The notes under the pieces are model-generated. The model saw only the letters and a list, made by a program, of their open reading frames with translations, ran no database searches and was not told the origin of the DNA. Position numbers and translations under genes: made by a program. A DNA stretch of 64,000 bases from Burkholderiales bacterium (GTDB taxonomy: Bacteria; Patescibacteriota; Minisyncoccia; Phycocordibacterales; UBA9973): the NCBI GenBank assembly GCA_023701005.1, contig JAMPXW010000002.1:177167-241166 (forward strand), written 5' to 3'. Of this stretch, positions 8,881-19,283 are shown one piece after another; positions within the stretch are counted from its first letter, which is position 1, and the number at the start of each line of letters is the position of its first letter.

Positions 8881-9576
8881 TTATAATGAAAATATTAAAA
8901 CACCAAAAACAACAAGGATTAATAATAATATTACACGTGCTTTCTTCGTTTCTAATCTGCGCAATCTATCTATCTTTTCTGCCATCACTTTATTTGTCGT
9001 AAGCAACAATATGACAATGAGTGGCAAGACAAAAATAAAATTATAAATGATTAAATACCAAAAACCTTTCCAGAAATTCGCATAATCATGAAGCAAAGAC
9101 AACACAAAAAGATAAGGACCACCAGTACAAGGAAATTCAAACATAGCAACGAGAGCTCCTAACAATAAAAATGCTGGTATAGAACCCTTTGTCATAACTT
9201 TCGCTATAGTTGTGTGAGTACTCTCTGGCATTTTCAATTTGATGGGGAAATTTTCAAAAAATTCATTTATCAAACCGATAATACTGTAAATGAGCAATAT
9301 AGAAGCACCTATCTTCGCCATGATATTTGGTACATTAAAAAATGTTAAAGCTTTCAATGTGCCCAAGCCTATGAGTGTGTAAACTATAGCTATAGCCAAG
9401 ATATATACACCACCAGAAATCAAAACAAATCTTCTATTTTTACCTAAACTAAATAAAAAAGTAATAGTCAAAAATAACACTGAAATAGCACATGGATTGA
9501 TACTGTCAATCAAAGCAGAGAGCATTATTACGGGCAAAAAACCATGTGAACTTGTCGTTAAATATTCTGCAAACAT
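8881..9576 (-). CDS. ccdA: Cytochrome c-type biogenesis / disulfide-reductant transporter CcdA (DsbD beta-domain family)
   Basis: Multi-pass membrane protein with LIDSINPCAISVL motif (conserved Cys in TM1 of CcdA/DsbD family) and second Cys in FEFPCTGGPYL. Confidence 0.75.
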   Translation of the reverse strand: MFAEYLTTSSHGFLPVIMLSALIDSINPCAISVLFLTITFLFSLGKNRRFVLISGGVYILAIAIVYTLIGLGTLKALTFFNVPNIMAKIGASILLIYSIIGLINEFFENFPIKLKMPESTHTTIAKVMTKGSIPAFLLLGALVAMFEFPCTGGPYLFVLSLLHDYANFWKGFWYLIIYNFIFVLPLIVILLLTTNKVMAEKIDRLRRLETKKARVILLLILVVFGVLIFSL

Positions 9577-9624
9577 ATCTAAATAGTATCATGTAAAAAA
9601 CAAATATCCTAGCTTGAAAAACCC

Positions 9625-10836
9625 CTATTGATATTGTATATAACTAGGCTTAGGATTTAACTTTAAAAGCTCCAGAGGAGACAACATAACACTACCCGGA
9701 GTAAATAAATCATTTTTATAAAATAATTTAAAACCAGTAAATTGTATTGGCTCTTTATAGATGAATTGCTTGTATGTGCCTATCTTTTTTGCTTTATCCC
9801 CCCAACCATCCATATGCATTACTATTTGGACATCAGCTGTTGGTTTTATTTCTTTATAATTTGTCACCATGCCTTGTGTGAATCTATGAACAACTAAAAC
9901 TTTTGGTGGTAAATTATTTGCTTTAACTATTTTAGACAAATATTGAACAGCGAAATTCACATCACTAGCATCAAAAGTACCGATGACCTTGCCTGGCTTC
10001 TTGCCTGTCTTCATAGAAAATTCTGGGTCTATACCAAGATGCACATTTGGCATTTTTAAATATTTTTCAAATGCTGGAATCTCCGCTTGTAAATTGCTCA
10101 AGGCGACTTGTATATCTAAAAACACAACTGCGTTCCCGCCTCCCGGACGGGCAGGTATCTTCTCTGCAATTTTCAAAACTTTATCTATTTCGCTAGAAGG
10201 CATACGGGCTCGATACTTTCCATCTTTGCCAGCGCTAGCTTGTGCAACTACAGCAATATAATGAAGAGCTGGGATTACAGGAGTCTTTGGGTCTGCTGCT
10301 TCCCATTTTTTTACTTCTACATCTAATCTTTTTAACATTTCACTTTCATCATATTCACCAAGTACACCCATTTTCCTTGAATACAAATTTCCATAATATG
10401 CGATGATTCTATTCATAGGTAAAAGAGCTCCATTGTTTGGGTATACAGCTTTTACTGGCCAAAGATGAGAGATTATAGGTTGTGGATCTAGAGGTACTTT
10501 TTCAGTCTTAATAATATCTTTTCCATTTTTATCTTTACCTATAACTGTTTTTACTGTTTTGTAAATAATCGGATCTGGAGGATTATTTGCTAATTCTTGC
10601 ATTTTTTTATCGTAAACTTCTTTATCAAAAGGCAAAATCTCTAAAATACTTTCTTTTTTTTCTGTAATATTTTTATCCTCTATCACATTTCCTCCATTCG
10701 AAATTTTACTACTTAAAAATTCTGGAACTAAAAAAAATAAAACTAAAATAATAACCACCAAAAACAAAAAAGGGTAGCAATTTTTGCTATCACATAAAAT
10801 AATATTTTTTATCTTTACCAAAATCTTTTTATTCAT
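9625..10836 (-). CDS. Membrane-anchored exported hypothetical protein (403 aa)
   Basis: N-terminal TM (FLFLVVIILVLFFLV) then large hydrophilic domain; no family recognised by eye. Confidence 0.5.
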   Translation of the reverse strand: MNKKILVKIKNIILCDSKNCYPFLFLVVIILVLFFLVPEFLSSKISNGGNVIEDKNITEKKESILEILPFDKEVYDKKMQELANNPPDPIIYKTVKTVIGKDKNGKDIIKTEKVPLDPQPIISHLWPVKAVYPNNGALLPMNRIIAYYGNLYSRKMGVLGEYDESEMLKRLDVEVKKWEAADPKTPVIPALHYIAVVAQASAGKDGKYRARMPSSEIDKVLKIAEKIPARPGGGNAVVFLDIQVALSNLQAEIPAFEKYLKMPNVHLGIDPEFSMKTGKKPGKVIGTFDASDVNFAVQYLSKIVKANNLPPKVLVVHRFTQGMVTNYKEIKPTADVQIVMHMDGWGDKAKKIGTYKQFIYKEPIQFTGFKLFYKNDLFTPGSVMLSPLELLKLNPKPSYIQYQ

Positions 10837-10844
10837 TCAGAAAT

Positions 10845-11909
10845 TTATATTTTATTTATAACTTCTTCTATAGTACTACCTTTTTCATAAATTATTAAAT
10901 CATTGCCGTTTTCTTTCCAATATTGTTGTAAATTATCTAAAATACGCCATGTCTCAAGAATCTCACCGCTTGAAATAAATAAATCTTGCTTCCCTTCTAT
11001 TGTAGCTTTGATAACCCTTTCATAAGCATCAGCCTCATGCTCAATATTAAAAATCTTTTTATTGCCATCTTTATATTTAATTATTATTTGTGTCTCTTTT
11101 TTAGATAAAGCTTTACCTGTCGTCAAAGTTATAGGCACCCCATGCCAAACTTTATCATTTGAAATCATATTAATAGATACAAATGTCTCCGTCATACTTT
11201 TAGGATTATTTACTTCTTCTTTATATCCTTTGTATTGTCCTCTCTTTACACATTTATGTTCCTTTATATCACAAACTATTTGCAAATTCTTTAGTGCATT
11301 ATAACGATCTTCCATCTTAAAAGATCGAGACAATACTACCGCAGCCATTATAAGAAGATGACTCTGCACAAAATCTTTCAAAGCTCCTGTCTGTTCATAA
11401 AACAAAACTCTACCTTCTATGTCTATCTTTTCACTAGCGATAACTTCTATTTGAGAAACATTCTGTGTATCCCAATTTTCACTTACGATATTTTGCATTG
11501 ATTGCTTTGCTAAATAATGATCGATTCTATATATCTGATCTTCTTTAAAATATTGATCGATGTGCTCTATCAAACTTTGCGCAGATTGTAAATCTCTACC
11601 AAAAGGTTTCTCAAGCATTATCTTTACATCATCTCTACCAAAATTATCATAGATTAATTTAACAACATCAGACACAGCTTCTGGAGGAATAGCCAGATGA
11701 AAAATCTTTCCTGCCTTGCCGGCAGGCAGGCCTTCTTCATTTAGAATAAGATTTTTCAAATTATCATAATCTTTACGAGAAACAGGAATGACACTATTTA
11801 CATAATTTATATTCTGCATATTTGTAAGCGCAGGCAATAAATAACGCTTTGATAAATCGCCTGAAGCACCAAAAATTATGTAATTTGTTTTTTTATTTTT
11901 TGTCTGCAT
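10845..11909 (-). CDS. zwf: Glucose-6-phosphate 1-dehydrogenase, unusually short (354 aa)
   Basis: IIFGASGDLSKRYLLPAL NADP-binding motif; EKPFGRDLQSAQ and RIDHYLAKQ (G6PD signature RIDHYLGKE). Confidence 0.85.
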   Translation of the reverse strand: MQTKNKKTNYIIFGASGDLSKRYLLPALTNMQNINYVNSVIPVSRKDYDNLKNLILNEEGLPAGKAGKIFHLAIPPEAVSDVVKLIYDNFGRDDVKIMLEKPFGRDLQSAQSLIEHIDQYFKEDQIYRIDHYLAKQSMQNIVSENWDTQNVSQIEVIASEKIDIEGRVLFYEQTGALKDFVQSHLLIMAAVVLSRSFKMEDRYNALKNLQIVCDIKEHKCVKRGQYKGYKEEVNNPKSMTETFVSINMISNDKVWHGVPITLTTGKALSKKETQIIIKYKDGNKKIFNIEHEADAYERVIKATIEGKQDLFISSGEILETWRILDNLQQYWKENGNDLIIYEKGSTIEEVINKI

Positions 11910-12813
11910 TTATATTATGTCCTCCAAATTGATTACGCATTAAACACAACAATTTTGTAGCAAAATTCACGTTACCTTTTTGAGAAGCTAATCTTACATC
12001 AAAAGAAGCTTGGATGGAAGGTGTTTCTATATTAAATTCTTTTGCTGTTTCTAAAGCAAAACGTGTCTCTCCTGATTCTACGACTACGCCATCTACCCCT
12101 TCTGCATTTTTATTTTCTTTCAATGCATTTACTGTAAGTTCATTCAACCAAGAAGTGATGACACTTCTCTTTTGCCACACTTCACCTGCTTTTATTAAAT
12201 CAATATTTTTATATGGACCTTCTTTTAAAATTCTATAACCTTCAGCCAAGCTCTCCATCATGCCGTATTCTATGGCATTGTGTGTCATCTTTACATAATG
12301 TCCTGCGCCTGCGTCACCAAAATATTCATAAGCTCCATTTGGCTTTTGTAATATTTCTAAAATTGGTTTTATTATCTCAAAAGTTTTTTCATCTCCACCA
12401 ACCATCATAGAAAAACCATTTTCATAACCCCATACTCCTCCACTAGTGCCTACATCCATTAATACAGAGCCATTTTCTGAGACGAGCAAAGCTCTCTTTT
12501 TGGTAAGACGATAATCAGAATTTCCACCATCAATCAAAATACTATTTTTAGGTATTATTTTAAGCCATTCTTCTATCTCATTATCTACAACGTCATAAGG
12601 AACCATCATCCATATAACGACTTGCTCTTTGTTTTCTAAGTCAAAAGCTTCCACTGCTTCATTTTTTGTGTAGGCTCCTTTCATTCCAAGCTTCACCATC
12701 TCATCCACTTTTTCTTTACTTCTATTGTGAGCGACAACATCAAAACCACCTTCATGAAGTTTCTTTATTATCTGCGCACCCATTTTTCCTAAACCTGATA
12801 TTACTATTTTCAT
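11893..12813 (-). CDS. gnd: 6-phosphogluconate dehydrogenase, short (YqeC-type, 306 aa)
   Basis: MKIVISGLGKMGAQII Rossmann motif; GDAGAGHYVKMTHNAIEYGMM matches 6PGDH signature; 17-nt overlap with zwf start. Confidence 0.85.
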   Translation of the reverse strand: MKIVISGLGKMGAQIIKKLHEGGFDVVAHNRSKEKVDEMVKLGMKGAYTKNEAVEAFDLENKEQVVIWMMVPYDVVDNEIEEWLKIIPKNSILIDGGNSDYRLTKKRALLVSENGSVLMDVGTSGGVWGYENGFSMMVGGDEKTFEIIKPILEILQKPNGAYEYFGDAGAGHYVKMTHNAIEYGMMESLAEGYRILKEGPYKNIDLIKAGEVWQKRSVITSWLNELTVNALKENKNAEGVDGVVVESGETRFALETAKEFNIETPSIQASFDVRLASQKGNVNFATKLLCLMRNQFGGHNINADKK

Positions 12814-13469
12814 ATTAAATTAAATATTGTTAATAATGGAACTTTTTTCAAAATTTGTGCTGGTTCTATAATTTCATCTATATCTTTTTCTTGCAAATCT
12901 TTTATGACTGCATCTTTCTCTATTCCTTGTGTAAATACTATCACTTCATCCAATTTTTTTATAGCTTTGCCAGTCATCGTGATACGCCTAAAAGTCGGAG
13001 TGTCATAATGACAAGCCAATCTTTCTGAGGCCACACCTACACTACCTGGCAAGATACCAGCTGTATGCCCATCTGTACCTATGCCGAACAAACCAATCTT
13101 ATAGTCTGCTAATGCAAATTCTTCTGCTAAATTTTTATCAAATTTTTCTGTTGTATCTTCTATGCTCTCCCCTTTTAAAACAGAAATTATTTTAGCTTCT
13201 TTTAAAACAAAACCTTTTTCTGTAAGTTGCAAATAATTTGAATTAAAATGATCAAGATCTCCGTATCTTTCATCTGTAAGAGTGACGACAAGATTCTTCA
13301 AATCATTATCTTTTAAGATTTCTGAAATTTTTACAGCCACGAGAATAGCCGAACCCCCAGGAACAAAAAACAAAACTCTTTTACCTTCATTTAATTTGCT
13401 CAAAATAGAGCTAGCAATAAAATTTGCAACTTCTTCTATCTTTTCAACTTTTTTAATTTCGAAATTCAT
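12810..13469 (-). CDS. pgl: 6-phosphogluconolactonase (Pgl/NagB family)
   Basis: GIGTDGHTAGILPG hallmark motif of 6-phosphogluconolactonase/glucosamine-6-P isomerase family; 4-nt overlap with gnd start (operon pgl-gnd-zwf). Confidence 0.8.
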   Translation of the reverse strand: MNFEIKKVEKIEEVANFIASSILSKLNEGKRVLFFVPGGSAILVAVKISEILKDNDLKNLVVTLTDERYGDLDHFNSNYLQLTEKGFVLKEAKIISVLKGESIEDTTEKFDKNLAEEFALADYKIGLFGIGTDGHTAGILPGSVGVASERLACHYDTPTFRRITMTGKAIKKLDEVIVFTQGIEKDAVIKDLQEKDIDEIIEPAQILKKVPLLTIFNLI

Positions 13470-13473
13470 ATAA

Positions 13474-14397
13474 TTAATCTTCTATTCTCTTGCCCCATTG
13501 CCATCGAGGCTTTTCACCTTTTTTGTAACAAATATAAATCAAAACAATTACAGACAAAATTATTACAACAAAATTCTTCAACCACTCATGGTCGTTCATC
13601 GTCATCATGGAGAAAGAAAATAATAAAACCCACACAAGTGTCGTGAGCCACCCTTCCCAGGTGACAGGATACCAACCAAAACCATAAAGCTTCCTCTTAA
13701 ACCAAATCTTTTTGATGTCTTTATATAAAAAATTCTTTATTATTTTTAACAACAAAGCTCTCGCATCACCATTTAATTGATGATCTCCATCAATCGCAAT
13801 AACTTTTATGTTTTCATTCAGGTCATCAATACTAGCATTTCTTCCTAATACTTCATCCTGTTTAGCATTTATTATTATTAAATCTGTTTTTAAACTCAAT
13901 TTATTATATAAAGGCTTCGGATATATTTTTTTTCTTTCTACCCAAAACTCTGAAGGAACCATCGTCAAAGTTCCATCTCTCCTAACTAATTTCGATACAC
14001 CATCTAAATTTATTTCTGTGCCCAGACGATCTTTAAACATATTTATCGTATGTTCAATATCATTATCTAAAGATGGTGTTATGAAAATAATTTTGTTAAT
14101 TGATGGCAAAACAGCTAAAGCTACAACCAAACATCCTTGTGAATGAGCGATAATATTTATTACTCCAGATGGATTCTCCAATTTTGCTTTATTCACAACA
14201 TCTGCAAGCATTTTTGCTTGTTCAGATAAAGTGCGAACGGTGAGAATATTTTCTTTTTCATCTACTCCATTATAATCAAAAAGGATAGAATCAGTTTGTT
14301 TTAATTCTTCAGCAATATTGGAAAGAAGGCCTCGATCATCTTTTCGCGTTCCAAATCCATGAGAAAATATTACTATATTTTTATTCTTCTCTTTCAT
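13474..14397 (-). CDS. Alpha/beta-hydrolase fold protein with C-terminal TM segments
   Basis: IVIFSHGFG... and IIAHSQGCLV (GxSxG nucleophile elbow); C-terminal hydrophobic helices. Confidence 0.65.
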   Translation of the reverse strand: MKEKNKNIVIFSHGFGTRKDDRGLLSNIAEELKQTDSILFDYNGVDEKENILTVRTLSEQAKMLADVVNKAKLENPSGVINIIAHSQGCLVVALAVLPSINKIIFITPSLDNDIEHTINMFKDRLGTEINLDGVSKLVRRDGTLTMVPSEFWVERKKIYPKPLYNKLSLKTDLIIINAKQDEVLGRNASIDDLNENIKVIAIDGDHQLNGDARALLLKIIKNFLYKDIKKIWFKRKLYGFGWYPVTWEGWLTTLVWVLLFSFSMMTMNDHEWLKNFVVIILSVIVLIYICYKKGEKPRWQWGKRIED

Positions 14398-14464
14398 CTA
14401 TTCATTATATCAAATAATTAAAATTCTTCTTGCTATCTTAAAATTAATTAGCTACCCTTATAGT

Positions 14465-15100
14465 ATGTACGAAGGCACTATTGGAACGATGATAATTGCA
14501 ATCAGTATTTTGGGATATATCAGCAATTGGATAAATTGGCGTTTTTTGAATTATAAAATAAATTATTTTCTTTTTTATTTCGGGGCATTTATACATGAGA
14601 CTTCACACGCTATATTTTGTATTTTGACAGGAGCAAAAATAAGTGAATATAAGGTTTTTGTTCGCCAGCCACGAGTCGTATATTCAAATCCCAAAATCCC
14701 AATCATCGGCAACCTTCTCATTTCTATCGCGCCGATGTTTGGAGGACTTTTATTTCTCTTTTTAGTAAATAAATATTTTTTAGCAAATCATTTTATAATG
14801 CCAGATTTTACTAACTGGCAATTATTCTTCGAAGATTTTATAAAATTAATAAAACAAATAGATGTCACCAAATGGCAACATCTTATTTTGATATTTTTAT
14901 TTTTAAATATAGGAGCGACGATCGGTTCTTCCCTACAAGATTTAAAAAATGTCTGGGTACTCATTTTAATCCTTTTATTTATCCCCTGGGCACTATTTAC
15001 CCATCTAGGACTTTTGGCCCTAGCTTTAATTTTAGTAAATATAATATTCCAGATTATATTAATAATTATAATCTCTATAGTAAAACTATTTTGGAAGTAA
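14465..15100 (+). CDS. Multi-pass membrane protein with HExxH motif (possible intramembrane metalloprotease)
   Basis: FIHETSHAIFCIL within a TM helix; highly hydrophobic throughout. Confidence 0.4.
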   Translation: MYEGTIGTMIIAISILGYISNWINWRFLNYKINYFLFYFGAFIHETSHAIFCILTGAKISEYKVFVRQPRVVYSNPKIPIIGNLLISIAPMFGGLLFLFLVNKYFLANHFIMPDFTNWQLFFEDFIKLIKQIDVTKWQHLILIFLFLNIGATIGSSLQDLKNVWVLILILLFIPWALFTHLGLLALALILVNIIFQIILIIIISIVKLFWK

Positions 15101-15110
15101 GATAAAAAGT

Positions 15111-15290
15111 TATTTAACCTCTTCTATTTTTGGTTCTTTGCTAAACTTTACTCCCAAGTAATAAGGCCAAATTATTAAGGAAAGAAGACCTTTCCAAAAT
15201 GTTAACTGAAGATATCCAATGGTAAATAACCATCCGATAGCCCAGATAGAGCCCAATATCTCTTGGTTGTTAATAATTACTTTTTCCATA
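15111..15290 (-). CDS. Small membrane protein (59 aa), paralog of 19804..19965; not in ORF track (<60 aa)
   Basis: Translated by hand: MEKVIINNQEILGSIWAIGWLFTIGYLQLTFWKGLLSLIIWPYYLGVKFSKEPKIEEVK; shares WLFTIG(F/Y)LxLTFWKGxL...WPY(F/Y)LGV core with the + strand ORF at 19804. Confidence 0.5.
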
Positions 15291-15304
15291 TATTCATTAT
15301 AACA

Positions 15305-15721
15305 CTAATTTTTACCTTTCAAAATTCTATAAGCTATCATCGGTGAAATGACCAAAGATGCTAAAACAAATATCCAAGTTTCTCCATTCCAAAAATAATA
15401 AGTCTCTAAAATTTCTTTCACGCTTAGATTTTGTAAAAATAAATTCATCCAAGTTTCAAAAATTAAAGTCATACCAAACCAAAGAAAACCAATTTTTTTA
15501 GCATCTTTCTTTGAATATTCTTCTTTGATATTTAGAAAGAAAATATAAATTGCAGAAAAGAAAATGAGTATGCCTGTGATCGAGCTTATCTGATGAGCCC
15601 ATGTTCCTATGTAAGGCATCAAAATAGGTTTATAAATCATTTCCCTGATCCCTGCATTTACTAAAGCCAAAACAAGCAAAGCAAACCAAAACCCAATAGA
15701 TTTCAAGTATAATTTTTTCAT
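15305..15721 (-). CDS. Membrane protein (138 aa), hypothetical
   Basis: Four predicted hydrophobic helices. Confidence 0.5.
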   Translation of the reverse strand: MKKLYLKSIGFWFALLVLALVNAGIREMIYKPILMPYIGTWAHQISSITGILIFFSAIYIFFLNIKEEYSKKDAKKIGFLWFGMTLIFETWMNLFLQNLSVKEILETYYFWNGETWIFVLASLVISPMIAYRILKGKN

Positions 15722-15753
15722 ATATAGATAATATCAAATTCTAAAAATAACAT

Positions 15754-16833
15754 CTAGATTTTGTTTCTGCTTTTCATTTGTTTTTTAGCTGATTTTACAA
15801 ATTTACCAAATTGACGATCTTTTTCTTTTTTTTCTAATTCAGTCATTTCATAAAATTCAGATTCTTTTTTTAAGGAAATATAATTATTATATTTTTCTTC
15901 ATCCAGCTCGCCTTTTTCCAACACAGACAATATTTTACAACCAGGCTCATGTGTATGTGTACAATCAACAAATTTGCATTCTTTAGACAAAATAGACATT
16001 TCATCAAACAAATTTTCTATACCCAAATCTGTATCTGTCATACCCACTTCTCTCATTCCAGGATTATCTATCAAGATACCACCATTTTCCATAAAATACA
16101 TTTCTCTATTTGTGGTTGTATGTTTACCTCTATTAGAACTGAATCCTATATCTTCTGTCTTTATGATATCTTTACCTAGTAATTTATTTATCAATGAAGA
16201 TTTGCCTACACCAGACGAACCAAGAAAACAATAAGTTTTATTCTTTTCTATATATTTTTTAAAGTCATCTAAGCCTTCATCATTTATAGTACTAGTCAAA
16301 ATTATATCGACATCTTTAAACCTATCTTTAATTTCAAGTAATTTTAATTCTAAATCATCTTTGGAAATTAAATCTATTTTATTTATTACGATAGTGGCCT
16401 TAATCCCTCCATCATAAGCTATCGCAATATATCTTTCTAAGCGATTTAAATTGTAATCTCTATCAATTGATTCTACGATAAAAGCTACATCTATATTTGT
16501 AGCAATAATTTGTATGCCATCTTTATTATTATATTTTCTTTTTATTAATGTTTTTCTCGGTAATATTTTATGGATTACTGCTTGTTCCTCATTTAATTCT
16601 GTTATAGCAACCCAATCTCCTACTGCCGGATAATCTTCTCTAGAAGAAGCATCAAACATTTGTTTGCCTGTTATCTTCGCCAGAAATTCACCTTTTTGAT
16701 TTTTTACTTTATAAGCACCTCTATATTCGATAACCACTCGAGCAATTGAAAATTCATCCAAATTTAATTTAGTTCGATTAGATTCAAAAAAACTATCATA
16801 TCCCAAATCTTCTATTTTTATTTCTTTCTGCAT
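15754..16833 (-). CDS. rsgA: Ribosome small-subunit-dependent GTPase A
   Basis: Circularly permuted GTPase motifs (NKIDL ... GSSGVGKSSLINKL) and C-terminal zinc knuckle CKFVDCTHTHEPGCKI typical of RsgA/YjeQ. Confidence 0.85.
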   Translation of the reverse strand: MQKEIKIEDLGYDSFFESNRTKLNLDEFSIARVVIEYRGAYKVKNQKGEFLAKITGKQMFDASSREDYPAVGDWVAITELNEEQAVIHKILPRKTLIKRKYNNKDGIQIIATNIDVAFIVESIDRDYNLNRLERYIAIAYDGGIKATIVINKIDLISKDDLELKLLEIKDRFKDVDIILTSTINDEGLDDFKKYIEKNKTYCFLGSSGVGKSSLINKLLGKDIIKTEDIGFSSNRGKHTTTNREMYFMENGGILIDNPGMREVGMTDTDLGIENLFDEMSILSKECKFVDCTHTHEPGCKILSVLEKGELDEEKYNNYISLKKESEFYEMTELEKKEKDRQFGKFVKSAKKQMKSRNKI

Positions 16834-16871
16834 ACCTATAGTCTAGCAAAATTGTAATTTAAGAGATACTT

Positions 16872-17066
16872 TTATTCCAAAACAAAAACATCTTCTATAT
16901 TTTCTTGTTTTAATGCTTTTGTTATTTTAAAAGCCAAAAGTAAAGATGGATTGTATCTGTTTTGTTCTAAAGAGATTATCGTTTGCCTAGTCACCCCCAC
17001 AGCGTTTGCAAGCTCTTCTTGGGTCATTTCAATTTTATTTCGATAGTAATATATTTTTGTTTCCAT
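16872..17066 (-). CDS. XRE-family helix-turn-helix transcriptional regulator (64 aa)
   Basis: [39 protein letters not shown] = Cro/C1-type HTH. Confidence 0.8.
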   Translation of the reverse strand: METKIYYYRNKIEMTQEELANAVGVTRQTIISLEQNRYNPSLLLAFKITKALKQENIEDVFVLE

Positions 17067-17068
17067 TT

Positions 17069-17497
17069 TTAATTCTTCTTATCAAGATAAATATTTGAAA
17101 TCATCTTAGTGAGGAGTCCTGCAAATATAGCCACCAAGATCACAGGATCAACTTTTGAGATTCCTTCTACCATCCCCTGTGCAGTCTGATAAGCTATCCC
17201 CATTCCAAGAATTATCACTATCACCCATAATGCATTTCTCTCTGCAATGGCTTCATGCATGCGGTCACGTTCATCTTTTGGTAAATGAATCATTATGTCT
17301 ATAAAATCAATTGCAAATATTATCGCCCAAACAACTAATAAAATAATTTTTGTCTGTGACATATTACCATCACCTGCTGTAAGCAAAGCAATAGGTAAAA
17401 CAAAAACGATTATATATACCCAACCTTGCCAAGTTGCGGGAGAAAAACCCCAACCTGTGTATTTTCTTCTTTTAAACCAATCATATTTTCCAATCAT
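17069..17497 (-). CDS. Membrane protein partnered with XRE regulator (DUF2178-like arrangement)
   Basis: Hydrophobic 142-aa ORF ending 3 nt before the XRE gene start; small HTH + membrane partner is a recurrent pair. Confidence 0.5.
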   Translation of the reverse strand: MIGKYDWFKRRKYTGWGFSPATWQGWVYIIVFVLPIALLTAGDGNMSQTKIILLVVWAIIFAIDFIDIMIHLPKDERDRMHEAIAERNALWVIVIILGMGIAYQTAQGMVEGISKVDPVILVAIFAGLLTKMISNIYLDKKN

Positions 17498-17634
17498 ATA
17501 TTTTTTATATTAATTAAATTTGTAATGTAATATATTTTATACGTAAAAAATAGATTACACAAGCAACCCCTGTGGATAACTAAAAAGCCATTGATAAAAA
17601 GCCATTTTTGTATTATTGTAATAATGGTAACCAT

Positions 17635-17706
17635 TGGGAGATCGTCTAATGGTAGGACACTTCCCTCTGGAGGAAGTTATCTTGGTTCGAGTCCAAGTCT
17701 CCCAGC
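17635..17706 (+). tRNA. tRNA-Gln (anticodon CUG)
   Basis: Hand-folded cloverleaf: acceptor TGGGAGA/TCTCCCA (U1:A72 as typical for bacterial tRNA-Gln); D-arm GTCT-AATGGTA-GGAC; anticodon arm CTTCC-CTCTGGA-GGAAG; T-arm CTTGG-TTCGAGT-CCAAG; discriminator G; CCA not encoded. Confidence 0.85.
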
Positions 17707-17738
17707 TCGTGATTTTAACCTTTATTTTGTATAATTAA

Positions 17739-18461
17739 TTGATGGAATCAAATCCTCTAGAACAACAAAACCGGGAATCCCAAAAAAATTTAGAAGACCT
17801 AAAAAAAGAAATAGGTAAGGTTTTTGATGCTGGCAAGGAAGAAATAAAAATTAGAATAGATAAATTTATAAAAGGAATAGATGCTTATGAAAGAGCAGGA
17901 ATGATGATAAATAAAGAAGAATTTATTAATAATTTACATACAGCAGAAGACATTGAAGATAAGGAACTTTTTATAGAAAAGATGATAGAAGCAACAAAGC
18001 CACTATTGTCATTTAAAATAAATAACCCAAGAGCTTTTGAAGAAGCGCAAAGAAACTTAATTTTAAGTAAAGGAGAAAATATTAAACTAAGTAAATTATT
18101 ATACACAGATATGCGAGGACATGATAATGAAGTGTTTATACATCTGGCAGAAGCCTCAGAGCTAATAAAAAACGAAGGACTCTCAGTATTCAAAAAAGAA
18201 ATAATAGAGGGTTTAGAAGAATTGGCAAAAATAGTAAAAACAAATGAAAACATATTGCGAATAAGCGCAATTTCATGGATAGTAGCAAAAAATCCCATAC
18301 TTCTAGAAAAATTAGGATTTACAATAGATGGCGAAATTTCAAAAGAAGAAAAAGCAATGAACTTCGAAAACGAGGAAAGGCTGGTGGCTAGAGCTCATAT
18401 ATCTAGAGAAGATTTTTTAAAAAGATATAGTTCTCCTGAAACAAATTATCAACAATCGTAA
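17739..18461 (+). CDS. Hypothetical protein (240 aa), acidic/Lys-rich, downstream of tRNA-Gln
   Basis: ORF preceded by extended -10-like TTTTGTATAATTAA at ~17724; no recognisable family. Confidence 0.5.
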   Translation: MMESNPLEQQNRESQKNLEDLKKEIGKVFDAGKEEIKIRIDKFIKGIDAYERAGMMINKEEFINNLHTAEDIEDKELFIEKMIEATKPLLSFKINNPRAFEEAQRNLILSKGENIKLSKLLYTDMRGHDNEVFIHLAEASELIKNEGLSVFKKEIIEGLEELAKIVKTNENILRISAISWIVAKNPILLEKLGFTIDGEISKEEKAMNFENEERLVARAHISREDFLKRYSSPETNYQQS

Positions 18462-18520
18462 GTTTAAAAACACCATTACCCTTACTCGCGATTTTTGGTT
18501 TTATTTTGTATAATTAAAAT

Positions 18521-18868
18521 ATGTTTTCAAAAAAGAATATACAAGAAATACCAATTGAAAAAACTCCACACAATTCTGGTGGTAGAAGAATATTAGCAAA
18601 AAAGGAAGAAATTAATTCTAATTATTTTGAGGCATTCACTTATGGATATTTAGCTCCAAAAGAAAAATACAGTATGCATAAACATGAAAATATTGTTGAA
18701 ATTTGTTTAATAATAAAAGGATCAGGAATCATAAAAAATGTTAAAGGAGAAATGGAAGAATTTAAACCAAATGATAGATTTATTTTTCCATCCAATACAG
18801 AACACGAAATAGAAAATACATCAGAAATTACAGCAGAATTTTATTTCTTTAGAATACAATATAAATAA
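18521..18868 (+). CDS. Cupin-domain protein (115 aa)
   Basis: HKHENIVEICLIIKGSG...EHEIEN pattern (two-His/Glu/His cupin motifs); preceded by TTTTGTATAATTAA. Confidence 0.6.
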   Translation: MFSKKNIQEIPIEKTPHNSGGRRILAKKEEINSNYFEAFTYGYLAPKEKYSMHKHENIVEICLIIKGSGIIKNVKGEMEEFKPNDRFIFPSNTEHEIENTSEITAEFYFFRIQYK

Positions 18869-18927
18869 TAAAACTAACTTTATATCCCCTCCCTCGAGTT
18901 TTTTAACTTTATTTTGTACAAACAAAA

Positions 18928-18958
18928 AACCGCTCAAAATCCGTAGCGGTTTTTTGAA
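18928..18958. terminator. Bidirectional intrinsic terminator hairpin (CCGCT...AGCGG with flanking A- and T-tracts)
   Basis: aaaaaaccgctcaaaatccgtagcggttttttg between convergent genes 18521..18868(+) and 18965..19171(-). Confidence 0.6.
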
Positions 18959-18964
18959 ATAAGA

Positions 18965-19171
18965 TTAGTTTTTTGTAACCTTAGGAGACAATACTGCAAT
19001 ATATACTGCAGAAAGTCCTACTAATGTATATACTACACGAGAAATAACAGACATATCACCGAATATTGTAGATACAAGATCAAAATCCATAATACCTACT
19101 AACCCCCAATTTAAACCTCCAACTATTACCAAAACAAGGGCAACCCAGTCGAGAACATTTAATTTATTCAT
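18965..19171 (-). CDS. DUF378-family small membrane protein
   Basis: 68 aa; DWVALVLVIVGGLNWGLVG...VYTLVGLSAVYIAV matches DUF378 pattern. Confidence 0.65.
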   Translation of the reverse strand: MNKLNVLDWVALVLVIVGGLNWGLVGIMDFDLVSTIFGDMSVISRVVYTLVGLSAVYIAVLSPKVTKN

Positions 19172-19283
19172 TTATTTTAAAATAATTTTTTTAAATTTTT
19201 TATGTGTTTCGACCTTAACACAACTTATACTTAAATAATAACATAAACTGATATTAAAATGTTATAATTATATCCACAAATAT

